From an uncultured Clostridium sp. (GTDB taxonomy: Bacteria; Bacillota; Clostridia; TANB77; CAG-508), in assembly GCA_945865665.1 (NCBI GenBank), contig CAMBEE010000002.1, forward strand, positions 57,961-121,960: a stretch of 64,000 nucleotides of DNA. The letters are read 5' to 3'. The notes under the pieces were generated by a model. The model worked only from the letters and a program-made list of their open reading frames with translations. It had not been told where the DNA came from and searched no databases. The position numbers and the translations under genes are program-made. Of this stretch, positions 62,396 through 64,000 are shown piece after piece (within the stretch, counting starts at the first letter, position 1; every line of letters starts with the position of its first letter).

Positions 62396-64000
62396 ATGAT
62401 ACAATTATTTGAAATCAAGAAAAAAGTAAAACAAATGAAAAACACAGACAAAGAGTTGCTAGAAAAATACACAGAAACATCAAAGAAAAACAAAGAAGAA
62501 ATTTTAAAACAATACAACACAAAAGAAGAAGGACTAACGCAAAAAGAATACGAAAAAAGATATGAACAAAACGGTCCCAACATAGTAGTAAAAAACGAAA
62601 AAAAGAGTTGGATAGAATTCTTCATAAAATCATTTAATGATAAATTCATATACATATTACTGTTATTAGCAATAATAGACTTTGCACTATCAGACAAATT
62701 AGGAGCAGGAATAATAGTAGGAATAGCAGTGGTAAGCGCATTCATAAAATTCTGTCAAAACTACTCGACATACAAATTCAATCAAAAACTAAAAGCACAA
62801 ATATATTCAAGCACAAATGTAGTAAGAAACGGAAAAGAAAAAGAAGTAAGAGTAGAAAATGTAGCAATAGGAGACATCATAAAACTAAATGCAGGTTCAA
62901 TAATACCAGCAGATGTAATACTAATAGAAAGCAAAGACTTATTCTTGAACCAATCAGTATTCACAGGAGAAAGTGTATTAGTTGAAAAAACAACAAGACC
63001 AAATGAACCAAAAGGAATATTTGATATAAACAACATATGTTTAATGGGCTCAAGTGTAGTCAGTGGAAGCGGAACAGCAGTTGTAATACAAACAGGTTTT
63101 GACACATATTTAGGAAGAATGAGTAAAGAAATAGACAACAAAAAAGAGATAACAAACTTTGAAAAAGGAATGAATAACATCACAAAATTACTAATAAAAT
63201 ATATGGTAGTAGTATCAATAGCAGTATTTGTAATATATGCATTCATAAGACACGACCTAATGGAAGCATTGCTATTTGCACTATCAGTAGCAGTTGGAAT
63301 AACGCCAAGTATGTTACCAATGATAGTAAATGTGAACCTAACAAAAGGAAGCAAAACACTAGCAAAGAAGAAGACGTTAGTAAAAAATATACAGTCAATT
63401 CAAAACTTAGGAGCAATTGACATCTTATGTACAGACAAAACAGGAACATTAACACAAGATAAAATAACATTGCAAAAATACATAAATGTAATGGGAGAAG
63501 AAGACTTAGACATATTAAAATATGCATATCTAAACAGTTACTATGGAACAGGAATAAAAAATTTAGTTGACAAAGCAGTAATAGCATATGGAAATCAACA
63601 CAAAATCAAGCAAGTTCTAAAAGAATACGAAAAAGTAGACGAAATACCATTTGACTATACAAGAAAAAGAATGAGTGTTGTTGTAAAAAGTGAAGACGGC
63701 TACAGAATGCTTACAAATGGCGCAATAGAAGAAATTTTAAAATGTTGCAAACAAGTAAAGTATAAAGACGAGATAATTCCAATAACAGATGATTTAATAA
63801 AGCAAATAGAAGTAAATGCAAACAATTTATCAAATCTAGGAATGCAAGTAATAGCATTAGCAACGAAAAAAGAATATCCAGGTGTAAATGTATTTAACAG
63901 TAGTGATGAAAGTGAAATGACATTTGTAGGATATGTTGCATTTTTGGATCCACCAAAAAAAGATGTAAAAAAGACAATAAATGATTTAAGAAAAATTCGC
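62396..64000 (+). CDS. mgtA: P-type ATPase, MgtA-like magnesium transporter (partial; continues beyond the window)
   Basis: Own translation: MIQLFEIKKK…EEGLTQKEYEKRYEQNGPN…PADVILIESKDLFLNQSVFTGES…ILCTDKTGTLTQDKI (DKTGT at ~63431). The frame stays open to the window end, which is why the gene is absent from the ORF track. Confidence 0.8.
   Translation, partial: MIQLFEIKKKVKQMKNTDKELLEKYTETSKKNKEEILKQYNTKEEGLTQKEYEKRYEQNGPNIVVKNEKKSWIEFFIKSFNDKFIYILLLLAIIDFALSDKLGAGIIVGIAVVSAFIKFCQNYSTYKFNQKLKAQIYSSTNVVRNGKEKEVRVENVAIGDIIKLNAGSIIPADVILIESKDLFLNQSVFTGESVLVEKTTRPNEPKGIFDINNICLMGSSVVSGSGTAVVIQTGFDTYLGRMSKEIDNKKEITNFEKGMNNITKLLIKYMVVVSIAVFVIYAFIRHDLMEALLFALSVAVGITPSMLPMIVNVNLTKGSKTLAKKKTLVKNIQSIQNLGAIDILCTDKTGTLTQDKITLQKYINVMGEEDLDILKYAYLNSYYGTGIKNLVDKAVIAYGNQHKIKQVLKEYEKVDEIPFDYTRKRMSVVVKSEDGYRMLTNGAIEEILKCCKQVKYKDEIIPITDDLIKQIEVNANNLSNLGMQVIALATKKEYPGVNVFNSSDESEMTFVGYVAFLDPPKKDVKKTINDLRKIR

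Noticed and set aside
62194-62745. N-terminal 184-aa extension of the radical-SAM ORF (ORF track 61255-62745)
   Set aside because: The family's conserved N-terminus begins at MEEKERYKHL (62193). The extension is hydrophobic nonsense antisense to the mgtA promoter and 5' coding region.

Overview
Very AT-rich, Firmicutes/Clostridia-like chromosomal window, judged from gene content and RBS/promoter style. There are four blocks.

(1) 1-8.3 kb, cell-envelope housekeeping: a split membrane-protein gene, an Rpn-like nuclease, a DUF5711-like protein, CvpA, an LCP transferase, a D-Ala-D-Ala carboxypeptidase and ComEA. A striking ~350-bp segmented palindrome lies upstream of comEA.

(2) 8.5-27.9 kb, a four-gene surface-protein cluster that reads as a non-cellulolytic cohesin-dockerin assembly system:
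- a 4174-aa VWA / ~20x Cna-B-like / dockerin adhesin
- a small cohesin+dockerin protein
- a 1617-aa cohesin / ~18x InlB-B-repeat / dockerin protein
- an LPKTG-anchored cohesin protein

(3) 28-34 kb, housekeeping: acyl-CoA ligase, initiator tRNA-Met, an RsmB-like methyltransferase, and a compact NUDIX-ASCH-unknown trio.

(4) 34.17-53.79 kb, a ~19.6-kb integrative, satellite-like element. It is bounded by a 15-bp direct repeat derived from a tRNA-Met anticodon loop. It carries integrase, excisionase, a replisome organizer and a DnaC-like protein, and otherwise consists almost entirely of conflict/defence-type cassettes:
- an ABC-3C-like HNH + small protein + coiled-coil ABC ATPase operon
- MazG + DUF2075 nuclease-helicase
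- a Panacea-antitoxin three-gene operon
- HTH-Fic
- a membrane protein + HNH-like pair
- a PHP-ABC ATPase + small acidic protein pair

The last two cassettes occupy duplicated copies of the same cargo slot.

Downstream (54-64 kb) are lipid-metabolism genes, cyclophilin, bile-salt hydrolase, a 3x ~57-bp tandem repeat, a secreted nuclease, YfcE, a radical-SAM protein and a partial MgtA.

All functional calls come from motif recognition by eye. No database search was run.
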